Assembly: GCF_964204645.1 (NCBI RefSeq)
Contig: NC_134033.1
Coordinates: 124,001 to 188,000 of the forward strand
Length of the DNA: 64,000 nucleotides
Source: Tubulanus polymorphus
Lineage: Eukaryota; Animalia; Nemertea
Direction of reading: 5' to 3'
Under the pieces are notes generated by a model that saw nothing but the letters and a program-made list of their open reading frames with translations, made no database searches and was not told where the DNA came from. The position numbers were made by a program, and so were the translations under genes. Positions 1 to 15,159 of this stretch are shown one piece after another (positions within the stretch are counted from its first letter, which is position 1; every line of letters starts with the position of its first letter).

Positions 1-3000
1 ACAAAATTCTTATTCTTTCCACCTATCTATTTGAAATCAGTTCAATACACCCAAACTCATCAATTAAATTAGAATTCATCATCTTTAGAACCATATTTAG
101 CTAGAAAAATCTGTATCTTTCAACCCATCTACTCGAAATCAGTTCAGTTTACCTTATCCTATCATTTCAGATCGAGTCTATCATCTTCAGAACCAAAAGC
201 AGCCAGAAAATTCTGATTCTTTCAACCTATCTATTTTAAATCAGTTCAATACGCCTTTACTCATCTTTTCAGATTGAATCCATCAATTTCAGAAGCGTAA
301 GTAGCAAAAAAATTCTGAATCTTTCCACCTATCTATTTGAAATCAGTTCAATACACCCAAACCCATCAATTAAGAGAGAATTCATCATCTTTAGAACAAT
401 ATTTAGCTAGAAAAATCTGTATCTTTCAACCCATCTACTCGAAATAAGTTCAGTTTACCTTAACCTATCATTTCGGATCGAGTCTATCATCTTCAGAACC
501 AAATGCAGCCAGAAAATTCTGATTCTTTCCACCTATCTATTTGAAATCAGTTCAATACGCCTTTACTCATCTTTTCAGATTGAATCCATCATCTTTAGAA
601 CCAAAAGCAGCCAGAAAATTCTGTTTCTTTCCACCTATCTATTTGAAATCAGTTCAATACGCCTTTACTCATCTTTTCAGATTGAATCCATCATCTTTAG
701 AACCAAAAGCAGCCAGAAAATTCTGTTTCTTTCCACCTATCTATTTGAAATCAGTTCAATACGCCTTTACTCATCTTTTCAGATTGAATCCATCATCTTC
801 AGAACCAAAAGCAGCCAGAAAATTCTTATTCTTTCCACCTATCTATTTGAAATCAGTTCAGTACGCCTTAACCCATCTTTTCAGATTGAATCCATCATCT
901 TCAGAACAAAAGCAGCCAGAAAATTCTTATTCTTTCCACCTATCTATTTGAAATCAGTTCAATACGCCTTTACTCATCTTTTCAGATTGAATCCATCATC
1001 TTCAGAACCAAAAGCAGCCAGAAAATTCTTATTCTTTCCACCTATCTATTTGAAATCAGTTCAGTACGCCTTAACCCATCTTTTCAGATTGAATCCATCA
1101 ACTTCAGAAGCATAAGTAGTCAGAAAATTCTTACTCTTTCAACCAATCTATTAAAAATCAGTTCTGTACATCCTAACCCATCAATTAAGATAGGATTCAT
1201 CATCTTTAGAACCATATTTAGCTAGAAAAATCTGTATCTTTCAACCCATCTACTCGAAATAAGTTCAGTTTACCTTAACCTATCATTTCGGATCGAGTCT
1301 ATCATCTTCAGAACCAAATGCAGCCAGAAAATTCTGATTCTTTCAACCTATCTATTTTAAATCAGTTCAATACGCCTTAACCCATCTTTTCAGATTGAAT
1401 CCATCAACTTCAGAAGCATAAGTAGTCAGAAAATTCTTAATCTTTCAACCAATCTATTAAAAATCAGTTCTGTACATCCTAACCCATCAATTATGATAGA
1501 ATTCATCATCTTTAGAACCATATTTAGCTAGAAAAATCTGTATCTTTCAACCCATCTACTCGAAATCAGTTCAGTTTACCTTATCCTATCATTTCAGATC
1601 GAGTCTATCATCTTCAGAACCAAAAGCAGCCAGAAAATTCTGATTCTTTCAACCTATCTATTTGAAATCAGTTCAATACGCCTTTACTCATCTTTTCAGA
1701 TTGAATCCATCAATTTCAGAAGCATAAGTAGCAAGAAAATTCTGAATCTTTCCACCTATCTATTTGAAATCAGTTCAATACGCCCTAACCCATCTTTTCA
1801 GATTGAATCCATCATCTTCAGAACCAAAAGCAGCCAGAAAATTCTGATTCTTTCCACCTATCTATTCGAAATCAGTTCAATACACCCAAACCCATCAATT
1901 AAGATAGAATTCATCATCTTTAGAACCATATTTAGCTAGAAAAATCTGTATCTTTCAACCCATCAACTCGAAATAAGTTCAGTTTACCTTAACCTATCAT
2001 TTCGGATCGAGTCTATCATCTTCAGAACCAAATGCAGCCAGAAAATTCTGATTCTTTCAACCTATCTATTTTAAATCAGTTCAATACGCCTTAACCCATC
2101 TTTTCAGATTGAATCCATCAACTTCAGAAGCATAAGTAGTCAGAAAATTCTTAATCTTTCAACCAATCTATTAAAAATCAGTTCTGTACATCCTAACCCA
2201 TCAATTAAGATAGGATTCATCATCTTTAGAACCATATTTAGCTAGAAAAATCTGTATCTTTCAACCCATCTACTCGAAATAAGTTCAGTTTACCTTAACC
2301 TATCATTTCGGATCGAGTCTATCATCTTCAGAACCAAATGCAGCCAGAAAATTCTGTTTCTTTCCACGTATCTATTTGAAATCAGTTCAATACGCCTTTA
2401 CTCATCTTTTCAGATTGAATCCATCATCTTTAGAACCAAAAGCAGCCAGAAAATTCTGTTTCTTTCCACCTATCTATTTGAAATCAGTTCAATACGCCTT
2501 TACTCATCTTTTCAGATTGAATCCATCATCTTCAGAACCAAAAGCAGCCAGTAAATTCTTATTCTTTCCACCTATCTATTTGAAATCAGTTCAATACGCC
2601 TTAACCCATCTTTTCACATTGATCCATCATCTTTAGAAACAAAAGCAGCCAGAAAATTCGGTTTCTTTCCACCTATCTATTTGAAATCAGTTCAATACGC
2701 CCTAACCCATCTTTTCACATTGATCCATCATCTTTAGAAACAAAAGCAGCCAGAAAATTCGGTTTCTTTCCACCTATTTATTTTAAATCAGTTCAATAAG
2801 CCTTAACCCATCTTTTCAGATTGAATCCATCATCTTCAGAACCAAAAGCAGCCAGAAAATTCTGATTCTTTCCACCTATCTATTTGAAATCAGTTCAATA
2901 CGCCTTTACTCATCTTTTCAGATTGAATCCATCATCTTTAGAACCAAAAGCAGCCAGAAAATTCTGTTTCTTTCCACCTATCTATTTGAAATCAGTTCAA

Positions 3001-6000
3001 TACGCCTTTACTCATCTTTTCAGATTGAATCCATCATCTTTAGAACCAAAAGCAGCCAGAAAATTCTGATTCTTTCCACCTATCTATTTGAAATCAGTTC
3101 AATACGCCTTTACTCATCTTTTCAGATTGAATCCATCATCTTTAGAACCAAAAGCAGCCAGAAAATTCTGTTTCTTTCCACCTATCTATTTGAAATCAGT
3201 TCAATACGCCTTTACTCATCTTTTCAGATTGAATCCATCATCTTTAGAACCAAAAGCAGCCAGAAAATTCTGATTCTTTCCACCTATCTATTTGAAATCA
3301 GTTCAATACGCCTTTACTCATCTTTTCAGATTGAATCCATCATCTTCAGAACCAAGAGCAGCCAGAAAATTCGGTTTCTTTCCACCTATCTATTTGAAAT
3401 CAGTTCAATACGCCTTTACTCATCTTTTCAGATTGAATCCATCATCTTTAGAACCAAAAGCAGCCAGAAAATTCGGTTTCTTTCCACCTATCTATTTTAA
3501 ATCAGTTCAATACGCCTTTACTCATCTTTTCAGATTGAATCCATCATCTTCAGAACCAAAAGCAGCCAGAAAATTCTTATTCTTTCCACCTATATATTTG
3601 AAATCAGTTCAATACACCCAAACCCATCAATTAAGATAGAAATCATCATCTTTAGAACCATATTTAGCTAGAAAAATCTGTATCTTTCAACCCATCTACT
3701 CGAAATAAGTTCAGTTTACCTTAACCTATCATTTCGGATCGAGTCTATCATCTTCAGAACCAAATGCAGCCAGAAAATTCTGATTCTTTCCACCTATCTA
3801 TTTGAAATCAGTTCAATACGCCTTAACCCATCTTTTCAGATTGAATCCATCAACTTCAGAAGCATAAGTAGTCAGAAAATTCTTAATCTTTCAACCAATC
3901 TATTAAAAATCAGTTCTGTACATCCTAACCCATCAATTAAGATAGAATTCATCATCTTTAGAACCATATTTAGCTAGAAAAATCTGTATCTTTCAACCCA
4001 TCTACTCGAAATAAGTTCAGTTTACCTTAACCTATCATTTCGGATCGAGTCTATCATCTTCAGAACCAAATGCAGCCAGAAAATTCTGATTCTTTCCACC
4101 TATCTATTTTAAATCAGTTCAATACGCCTTTACTCATCTTTTCAGATTAAATCCATCATCTTTAGAACCAAATGCAGCCAGAAAATTCTGATTCTTTCCA
4201 CCTATCTATTTTAAATCAGTTCAATACGCCTTTACTCATCTTTTCAGATTGAATCCATCATCTTTAGAACCAAATGCAGCCAGAAAATTCTGTTTCTTTC
4301 CACCTATCTATTTGAAATCAGTTCAATACGCCTTTACTCATCTTTTCAGATTGAATCCATCATCTTCAGAACCAAAAGCAGCCAGAAAATTCTTATTCTT
4401 TCCACCTATCTATTTGATATCAGTTCAATACACCCAAACCCATCAATTAAGATAGAATTCATCATCTTTAGAACCATATTTAGCTAGAAAAATCTGTATC
4501 TTTCAACCCATCTACTCGAAATAAGTTCAGTTTACCTTAACCTATCATTTCGGATCGAGTCTATCATCTTCAGAACCAAATGCAGCCAGAAAATTCTGTT
4601 TCTTTCCACCTATCTATTTGAAATCAGTTCAATACGCCTTTACTCATCTTTTCAGATTGAATCCATCATCTTTAGAACCAAAAGCAGCCAGAAAATTCTG
4701 TTTCTTTCCACCTATTTATTTTAAATCAGTTCAATAAGCCTTAACCCATCTTTTCAGATTGAATCCATCATCTTTAGAACCAAAAGCAGCCAGAAAATTC
4801 TGTTTCTTTCCACCTATCTATTTGAAATCAGTTCAATACGCCTTAACCCATCTTTTCACATTGATCCATCATCTTTAGAAACAAAAGCAGCCAGAAAATT
4901 CGGTTTCTTTCCACCTATCTATTTGAAATCAGTTCAATACGCCCTAACCCATCTTTTCAGATTGAATCCATCATCTTCAGAACCAAAAGCAGCCAGAAAA
5001 TTCTGATTCTTTCCACCTATCTATTTTAAATCAGTTCAATAAGCCTTAACCCATCTTTTCAGATTGAATCCATCATCTTTAGAACCAAAAGCAGCCAGAA
5101 AATTCTGTTTCTTTCCACCTATCTATTTGAAATCAGTTCAATAAGCCTTAACCCATCTTTTCAGATTGATTCCATCATCTTCAGAACCAAAAGCAGCCAG
5201 AAAATTCTGATTCTTTCCACCTATCTATTTTAAATCAGTTCAATAAGCCTTAACCCATCTTTTCAGATTGAATCCATCATCTTTAGAACCAAAAGCAGCC
5301 AGAAAAGTCTGTTTTGTTTCCACCTATCTATTTGAAATCAGTTCAATACGCCTTAACCCATCTTTTCAGATTGATTCCATCATCTTCAGAACCAAAAGCA
5401 GCCAGAAAATTCTTATTCTTTCCACCTATTTATTTTAAATCAGTTCAATAAGCCTTAACCCATCTTTTCAGATTGAATCTATCATCATCTTTAGAACCAA
5501 AAGCAGCCAGAAAATTCTGATTCTTTCAACCTATCTATTTTAAATCAGTTCAATACGCCTTTACTCATCTTTTCAGATTGAATCCATCATCTTCAGAACC
5601 AAAAGCAGCCAGAAAATTCTTATTCTTTCCACCTATCTATTTGAAATCAGTTCAATACGACTTAACCCATCTTTTTAGATTGAATCCATCATCTTCAGAA
5701 CCAAAAGCAGCCAGAAATTTCTTATTCTTTCCACCTATCTATTTGATATCAGTTCAATACACCCAAACCCATCAATTAAGATAGAATTCATCATCTTTAG
5801 AACAATATTTAGCTAGAAAAATCTGTATCTTTCAACCCGTCTACTCGAAATAAGTTCAGTTTACCTTAACCTATCATTTCGGATCGAGTCTATCATCTTC
5901 AGAACCAAATGCAGCCAGAAAATTCTGATTCTTTCCGCCTATCTATTTGAAATCAGTTCAATACGCCTTTACTCATCTTTTCAGATTGAATCCATCATCT

Positions 6001-9000
6001 TTAGAACCAAAAGCAGCCAGAAAATTCTATTTCTTTCCACCTATCTATTTGAAATCAGTTCAATACGCCTTTACTCATCTTTTCAGATTGAATCCATCAT
6101 CTTTAGAACCAAAAGCAGCCAGAAAATTCTGTTTCTTTCCACCTATCTATTTGAAATCAGTTCAATACGCCTTTACTCATCTTTTCAGATTGAATCCATC
6201 ATCTTCAGAACCAAAAGCAGCCAGAAAATTCTGTTTCTTTACTCATCTTTTCAGATTGAATCCATCATCTTCAGAACCAAAAGCAGCCAGAAAATTCTTA
6301 TTCTTTCCACCTATCTATTTGAAATCAGTTCAATACACCCAAACCCATCAATTAAGATAGAATTCATCATCTTTAGAACCATATTTAGCTAGAAAAATCT
6401 GTATCTTTCAACCCATCTACTCGAAATAAGTTCAGTTTACCTTAACCTATCATTTCGGATCGAGTCTATCATCTTCAGAACCAAATGCAGCCAGAAAATT
6501 CTGATTCTTTCAACCTATCTATTTTAAATCAGTTCAATACGCCTTAACCCATCTTTTCAGATTGAATCCATCAACTTCAGAAGCATAAGTAGTCAGAAAA
6601 TTCTTAATCTTTCAAACCAATCTATTAAAAATCAGTTCTGTACATCCTAACCCATCAATTAAGATAGAATTCATCATCTTTAGAACCATATTTAGCTAGA
6701 AAAATCTGTATCTTTCAACCCATCTACTCGAAATAAGTTCAGTTTACCTGAACCTATCATTTCGGATCGAGTCTATCATCTTCAGAACCAAATGCAGCCA
6801 GAAAATTCTGATTCTTTCAACCTATCTATTTTAAATCAGTTCAATACGCCTTAACCCATCTTTTCAGATTGAATCCATCAACTTCAGAAGCATAAGTAGT
6901 CAGAAAATTCTTAATCTTTCAACCAATCTATTAAAAATCAGTTCTGTACATCCTAACCCATCAATTAAGATAGGATTCATCATCTTTAGAACCATACTTA
7001 GCTAGAAAAATCTGTATCTTTCAACCCATCTACTCGAAATAAGTTCAGTTTACCTTAACCTATCATTTCGGATCGAGTCTATCATCTTCAGAACCAAATG
7101 CAGCCAGAAAATTCTGATTCTTTCAACCTATCTATTTCAAATCAGTTCAATACGCCTTAACCCATCTTTTCAGATTGAATCCATCAATTTCAGAAGCATA
7201 AGTAGCAAGAAAATTCTGAATCTTTCCACCTATCTATTTGAAATAAGTTCAATACGCCTTAACCCATCTTTTCACATTGATCCATCATCTTTAGAAACAA
7301 AAGCAGCCAGAAAATTCGGTTTCTTTCCACCTATCTATTTGAAATCAGTTCAATACGCCCTAACCCATCTTTTTAGATTGAATCCATCATCTTCAGAACC
7401 AAAAGCAGCCAGAAAATTCGGTTTCTTTCCACCTATCTATTTGAAATCAGTTCAATACGCCTTTACTCATCTTTTCAGATTGAATCCATCATCTTCAGAA
7501 CCAAAAGCAGCCACAAAATTCTTATTCTTTCCACCTATCTATTTGAAATCAGTTCAATACACCCAAACTCATCAATTAAATTAGAATTCATCATCTTTAG
7601 AACCATATTTAGCTAGAAAAATCTGTATCTTTCAACCCATCTACTCGAAATCAGTTCAGTTTACCTTATCCTATCATTTCAGATCGAGTCTATCATCTTC
7701 AGAACCAAAAGCAGCCAGAAAATTCTGATTCTTTCAACCTATCTATTTTAAATCAGTTCAATACGCCTTTACTCATCTTTTCAGATTGAATCCATCAATT
7801 TCAGAAGCGTAAGTAGCAAAAAAATTCTGAATCTTTCCACCTATCTATTTGAAATCAGTTCAATACACCCAAACCCATCAATTAAGAGAGAATTCATCAT
7901 CTTTAGAACAATATTTAGCTAGAAAAATCTGTATCTTTCAACCCATCTACTCGAAATAAGTTCAGTTTACCTTAACCTATCATTTCGGATCGAGTCTATC
8001 ATCTTCAGAACCAAATGCAGCCAGAAAATTCTGATTCTTTCCACCTATCTATTTGAAATCAGTTCAATACGCCTTTACTCATCTTTTCAGATTGAATCCA
8101 TCATCTTTAGAACCAAAAGCAGCCAGAAAATTCTGTTTCTTTCCACCTATCTATTTGAAATCAGTTCAATACGCCTTTACTCATCTTTTCAGATTGAATC
8201 CATCATCTTTAGAACCAAAAGCAGCCAGAAAATTCTGTTTCTTTCCACCTATCTATTTGAAATCAGTTCAATACGCCTTTACTCATCTTTTCAGATTGAA
8301 TCCATCATCTTCAGAACCAAAAGCAGCCAGAAAATTCTTATTCTTTCCACCTATCTATTTGAAATCAGTTCAGTACGCCTTAACCCATCTTTTCAGATTG
8401 AATCCATCATCTTCAGAACAAAAGCAGCCAGAAAATTCTTATTCTTTCCACCTATCTATTTGAAATCAGTTCAATACGCCTTTACTCATCTTTTCAGATT
8501 GAATCCATCATCTTCAGAACCAAAAGCAGCCAGAAAATTCTTATTCTTTCCACCTATCTATTTGAAATCAGTTCAGTACGCCTTAACCCATCTTTTCAGA
8601 TTGAATCCATCAACTTCAGAAGCATAAGTAGTCAGAAAATTCTTACTCTTTCAACCAATCTATTAAAAATCAGTTCTGTACATCCTAACCCATCAATTAA
8701 GATAGAATTCATCATCATCTTTAGAACCATATTTAGCTAGAAAAATCTGTATCTTTCAACCCATCTACTCGAAATAAGTTCAGTTTACCTTAACCTATCA
8801 TTTCGGATCGAGTCTATCATCTTCAGAACCAAATGCAGCCAGAAAATTCTGATTCTTTCAACCTATCTATTTTAAATCAGTTCAATACGCCTTAACCCAT
8901 CTTTTCAGATTGAATCCATCAACTTCAGAAGCATAAGTAGTCAGAAAATTCTTAATCTTTCAACCAATCTATTAAAAATCAGTTCTGTACATCCTAACCC

Positions 9001-12000
9001 ATCAATTATGATAGAATTCATCATCTTTAGAACCATATTTAGCTAGAAAAATCTGTATCTTTCAACCCATCTACTCGAAATCAGTTCAGTTTACCTTATC
9101 CTATCATTTCAGATCGAGTCTATCATCTTCAGAACCAAAAGCAGCCAGAAAATTCTGATTCTTTCAACCTATCTATTTGAAATCAGTTCAATACGCCTTT
9201 ACTCATCTTTTCAGATTGAATCCATCAATTTCAGAAGCATAAGTAGCAAGAAAATTCTGAATCTTTCCACCTATCTATTTGAAATCAGTTCAATACGCCC
9301 TAACCCATCTTTTCAGATTGAATCCATCATCTTCAGAACCAAAAGCAGCCAGAAAATTCTGATTCTTTCCACCTATCTATTTTAAATCAGTTCAATAAGC
9401 CTTAACCCATCTTTTCAGATTGAATCCATCAACTTTAGAACCAAAAGCAGCCAGAAAATTCTGTTTCTTTCCACCTATCTATTTGAAATCAGTTCAATAC
9501 GCCTTTACTCATCTTTTCAGATTGAATCCATCATCTTTAGAACCAAAATCAGCCAGAAAATTCTGTTTCTTTCCACCTATCTATTTGAAATCAGTTCAAT
9601 ACGCCTTTACTCATCTTTTCAGATTGAATCCATCATCTTCAGAACCAAAAGCAGCCAGAAAATTCTTATTCTTTCCACCTATCTATTCGAAATCAGTTCA
9701 ATACACCCAAACCCATCAATTAAGATAGAATTCATCATCTTTAGAACCATATTTAGCTAGAAAAATCTGTATCTTTCAACCCATCAACTCGAAATAAGTT
9801 CAGTTTACCTTAACCTATCATTTCGGATCGAGTCTATCATCTTCAGAACCAAATGCAGCCAGAAAATTCTGATTCTTTCAACCTATCTATTTTAAATCAG
9901 TTCAATACGCCTTAACCCATCTTTTCAGATTGAATCCATCAACTTCAGAAGCATAAGTAGTCAGAAAATTCTTAATCTTTCAACCAATCTATTAAAAATC
10001 AGTTCTGTACATCCTAACCCATCAATTAAGATAGGATTCATCATCTTTAGAACCATATTTAGCTAGAAAAATCTGTATCTTTCAACCCATCTACTCGAAA
10101 TAAGTTCAGTTTACCTTAACCTATCATTTCGGATCGAGTCTATCATCTTCAGAACCAAATGCAGCCAGAAAATTCTGTTTCTTTCCACGTATCTATTTGA
10201 AATCAGTTCAATACGCCTTTACTCATCTTTTCAGATTGAATCCATCATCTTTAGAACCAAAAGCAGCCAGAAAATTCTGTTTCTTTCCACCTATCTATTT
10301 GAAATCAGTTCAATACGCCTTTACTCATCTTTTCAGATTGAATCCATCATCTTCAGAACCAAAAGCAGCCAGAAAATTCTTATTCTTTCCACCTATCTAT
10401 TTGAAATCAGTTCAATACGCCTTAACCCATCTTTTCACATTGATCCATCATCTTTAGAAACAAAAGCAGCCAGAAAATTCGGTTTCTTTCCACCTATCTA
10501 TTTGAAATCAGTTCAATACGCCCTAACCCATCTTTTCACATTGATCCATCATCTTTAGAAACAAAAGCAGCCAGAAAATTCGGTTTCTTTCCACCTATTT
10601 ATTTTAAATCAGTTCAATAAGCCTTAACCCATCTTTTCAGATTGAATCCATCATCTTCAGAACCAAAAGCAGCCAGAAAATTCTGATTCTTTCCACCTAT
10701 CTATTTGAAATCAGTTCAATACGCCTTTACTCATCTTTTCAGATTGAATCCATCATCTTTAGAACCAAAAGCAGCCAGAAAATTCTGTTTCTTTCCACCT
10801 ATCTATTTGAAATCAGTTCAATACGCCTTTACTCATCTTTTCAGATTGAATCCATCATCTTTAGAACCAAAAGCAGCCAGAAAATTCTGATTCTTTCCAC
10901 CTATCTATTTGAAATCAGTTCAATACGCCTTTACTCATCTTTTCAGATTGAATCCATCATCTTTAGAACCAAAAGCAGCCAGAAAATTCTGTTTCTTTCC
11001 ACCTATCTATTTGAAATCAGTTCAATACGCCTTTACTCATCTTTTCAGATTGAATCCATCATCTTTAGAACCAAAAGCAGCCAGAAAATTCTGATTCTTT
11101 CCACCTATCTATTTGAAATCAGTTCAATACGCCTTTACTCATCTTTTCAGATTGAATCCATCATCTTCAGAACCAAGAGCAGCCAGAAAATTCGGTTTCT
11201 TTCCACCTATCTATTTGAAATCAGTTCAATACGCCTTTACTCATCTTTTCAGATTGAATCCATCATCTTTAGAACCAAAAGCAGCCAGAAAATTCGGTTT
11301 CTTTCCACCTATCTATTTTAAATCAGTTCAATACGCCTTTACTCATCTTTTCAGATTGAATCCATCATCTTCAGAACCAAAAGCAGCCAGAAAATTCTTA
11401 TTCTTTCCACCTATATATTTGAAATCAGTTCAATACACCCAAACCCATCAATTAAGATAGAATTCATCATCTTTAGAACCATATTTAGCTAGAAAAAACT
11501 GTATCTTTCAACCCATCTACTCGAAATAAGTTCAGTTTACCTTAACCTATCATTTCAGATCGAGTCTATCATCTTCAGAACCAAATGCAGCCAGAAAATT
11601 CTGATTCTTTCCACCTATCTATTTGAAATCAGTTCAATACGCCTTAACCCATTTTTTCACATTGATCCATCATCTTTAGAAACAAAAGCAGCCAGAAAAT
11701 TCTGTTTTTTTCCACCTATCTATTTGAAATCAGTTCAATACGCCTTTACTCATCTTTTCAGATTGAATCCATCAATTTCAGAAGCATAAGTAGCAAGAAA
11801 ATTCTGAATCTTTCCACTGATCCATTTGAAATCAGTTCAATACGCCTTAACCCATCTTTTCAGATTGAATCCATCATCTTCAGAACCGAAAGCAGCCAGA
11901 AAATTCTGATTCTTTCCACCTATCTATTTTAAATCAGTTCAATGCGCCTTAACCCATCTTTTCAGATTGAATCCATCATCTTCAGAACCAAAAGCAGCCA

Positions 12001-14775
12001 GAAAATTCTTATTCTTTCCACCTATCTATTTGAAATCAGTTCAATACACCCAAACCCATCAATTAAGATAGAATTCATCATCTTTAGAACCATATTTAGC
12101 TAGAAAAATCTGTATCTTACAACCCATCTACTCGAAATAAGTTCAGTTTACCTTAAACTATCATTTCGGATCGAGTCTATCATCTTCAGAACCAAAAGCA
12201 GCCAGAAAATTCTGATTCTTTCAACCTATCTATTTTAAATCAGTTCAATACGCCTTTACTCATCTTTTCAGATTGAATCCATCATCTTCAGAACCAAAAG
12301 CAGCCAGAAAATTCTGTTTCTTTCCACCTATCTATTTTAAATCAGTTCAATAAGCCTTAACCCATCTTTTCAGATTGAATCCATCATCTTCAGAACCAAA
12401 AGCAGCCAGAAAATTCTGATTCTTTCCACCTATCTATTTTACATCAGTTCAATAAGCCTTAACCCATCTTTTCAGATTGAATCCATCATCTTTAGAACCA
12501 AAAGCAGCCAGAAAATTCTGTTTCTTTCCACCTATCTATTTGAAATCAGTTCAATACGCCTTTACTCATCATTTCAGATTGAATCCATCATCTTCAGAAC
12601 CAAAAGCAGCCAGAAAATTTTTATTCTTTCCACCTATCTATTTGATATCAGTTCAATACACCCAAACCCATCAATAAAGATAGAATTCATCATCTTTAGA
12701 ACCATATTTAGCTAGAAAACTCTGTATCTTTCAACCCATCTACTCGAAATAAGTTCAGTTTACCTTAACCTATCATTTCGGATCGAGTCTATCATCTTCA
12801 GAACCAAAAGCAGCCAGAAAATTCTGTTTCTTTCCACCTATCTATTTGAAATCAGTTCAATACGCCTTAACCCATCTTTTCAGATTGAATCCATCATCTT
12901 TAGAACCAAAAGCAGCCAGAAAATTCTGTTTCTTTCCACCTATCTATTTGAAATCAGTTCAATACGCCCTAACCTATCTTTTCAGATTGAATCCATCATC
13001 TTCAGAACCAAAAGCAGCCAGAAAATTCTGATTCTTTCCACCTATCTATTTTAAATCAGTTCAATACACCCAAACCCATCAATTAAGATAGAATTCATCA
13101 TCTTTAGAACCATATTTAGCTAGAAAAATCTGTATCTTTCAACCCATCTACTTGAAATCAGTTCAGTTTACCTTATCCTATCATTTCAGATCGAGTCTAT
13201 CATCTTCAGAACCAAAAGCAGCCAGAAAATTCTGATTCTTTCAACCTATCTATTTGAAATCAGTTCAATACGCCTTAACCCATCTTTTCAGATTGAATCC
13301 ATCATCTTCAGAACCAAATGCAGCCAGAAAATTCTTATTCTTTCCACCTATATATTTGAAATCAGTTCAATACACCCAAACCTATCAATTAAGATAGAAT
13401 TCATCATCTTTAGAACCATATTTAGCTAGAAAAATCTGTATCTTTCCACCTATCTATTTGAAATCAGTTCAATACGCCTTAACCCATCTTTTCAGATTGA
13501 ATCCATCATCTTCAGAACCAAAAGCAGCCAGAAAATTCTGATTCTTTCCACCAATCTATTTGAAATCAGTTCAATACGCCTTAACCCATCTTTTCAGATT
13601 TAATCCATCTTCTTCCAGAACCAAAAGCATCCAGAAAATTCTGATTCTTTCCACCAATCTATTTTAAATCAGTTCAATACGCCTTAACCCATCTTTTGAG
13701 ATTTAATCCATCTTCTTCCAGAACCAAAAGCATCCAGAAAATTCTGATTCTTTCTGCCAATCTATTGAAAATCAGTTCAGTACACCCTAACCCATCAATT
13801 AAGATAGAATTCATCATCTTTAGGACCATATTAAGCTAGAAAAATCTGTATCTTTCAACCCATCTACTCGAAATAAGTTCAGTTTACCTTAACCTATCAT
13901 TTCGGATCGAGTCTATCATCTTCAGAACCAAATGCAGCCAAAAAATTCTGATTCTTTCAACCTATCTATTTTAAATCAGTTCAATACGCCTTAACCCATT
14001 TTTTCAGATTGAATCCATCAACTTCAGAAGCATAAGTAGTCAGAAAATTCTTAATCTTTCAACCAATCTATTAAAAATCAGTTCTGTACATCCTAACCCA
14101 TCAATTATGATAGAATTCATCATCTTTAGAACCATATTTAGCTAGAAAAATCTGTATCTTTCAACCCATCTACTCGAAATCAGTTCAGTTTACCTTATCC
14201 TATCATTTCAGATCGAGTCCATCATCTTCAGTAGCATAAATAGCAAGAAAATTCTGAATCTTTCCACCTATCTATTTAAAATCAGTTCAATACGCCTTAA
14301 CCCATCTTTTCAGATTGAATCCATCAACTTCAGAAGCATAAGTAGCCAGAAAATTCTGAATCTTTCAACCAATCTATTTAAAGTCAGTTCAATACGCCTT
14401 TACTCATCTTTTCAGATTGAATCCATCATCTTCAGAACCAAAAGCAGCCAGAAAATTCTTATTCTTTCCACCTATCTATTTGAAATCAGTTCAATACACC
14501 CAAACCCATCAATTAAGATAGAATTCATCATCTTTAGAACCATATTTAGCTAGAAAAATCTGTATCTTTCAACCCATCTACTCGAAATAAGTTCAGTTTA
14601 CCTTAACCTATCATTTCGGATCGAGTCTATCATCTTCAGAACCAAATGCAGCCAGAAAATTCTGATTCTTTCAACCTATCTATTTTAAATCAGTTCAATA
14701 CGCCTTAACCCATCTTTTCAGATTGAATCCATCAACTTCAGAAGCATAAGTAGCCAGAAAATTCTGAATCTTTCA
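1..14775. repeat. 102-bp satellite DNA array (~145 monomers) with monomer subfamilies and higher-order structure; continues beyond window start
   Basis: Monomer e.g. TTGAAATCAGTTCAATACGCCTTTACTCATCTTTTCAGATTGAATCCATCATCTTTAGAACCAAAAGCAGCCAGAAAATTCTGTTTCTTTCCACCTATCTAT recurs at 102-bp spacing (541, 643, 745...). Variant monomers (CCATATTTAGCTAG... and GCATAAGTAGTCAG... types) are interspersed. Confidence 0.98.
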
Positions 14776-15159
14776 GCCCCGAGCGTTGACGACAATGGAT
14801 GGCCACTTACGTGTGTATGGCAAGTTGTATGACACTCCATATGAACTAACGGGAAAGCCGACTCTTCGGTAAACAATTAAACTGGTTGCGGGTTTTAATT
14901 AGTCAAAGTCTTAATAGGCGTTTCTCGTGACTTTTTTGTGTTTGAACACCTCACAAAATCTTGAATCAGGGGCCGTATCCTCCGTGCTCGTGGAGAATGA
15001 ATTAACGTAAATATTTCTGAGAATCTATTGTTTATCGTCACTGGTGATAGGACGAGTGGGAAAAACAGTTTTGGTCCGGTCTTATAGAATATTATTTACT
15101 TTAACCCGGGGGAAGGGGGCTAACTTAGTTCATTTCCAGTTCAGTAAAACAACCCTGAA
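14776..15159 (+). mobile_element. ~384-bp retroposon-like insertion (5'-truncated LINE or SINE) in the terminal satellite monomer
   Basis: 13-bp target-site duplication TCTGAATCTTTCA at 14763-14775 and 15160-15172. The insert ends in CCCTGAA(T), which repeats the target motif. Satellite sequence resumes afterwards. Confidence 0.7.

Noticed and set aside
770-812. Hammerhead-like CUGAAGA...GAAA on the - strand of the 102-bp satellite
   Set aside because: Helix II is poor, there is no properly placed NUH with helix I/III pairing, and many monomers have CTAAAGA.
541-13031. Repetitive ORFs 'KSVQYAFTHLFRLNPSS...' as a repeat protein
   Set aside because: They arise because 102 is a multiple of 3. 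They start at TTG, are broken by stops and indels in many monomers, and the - strand frames are closed.
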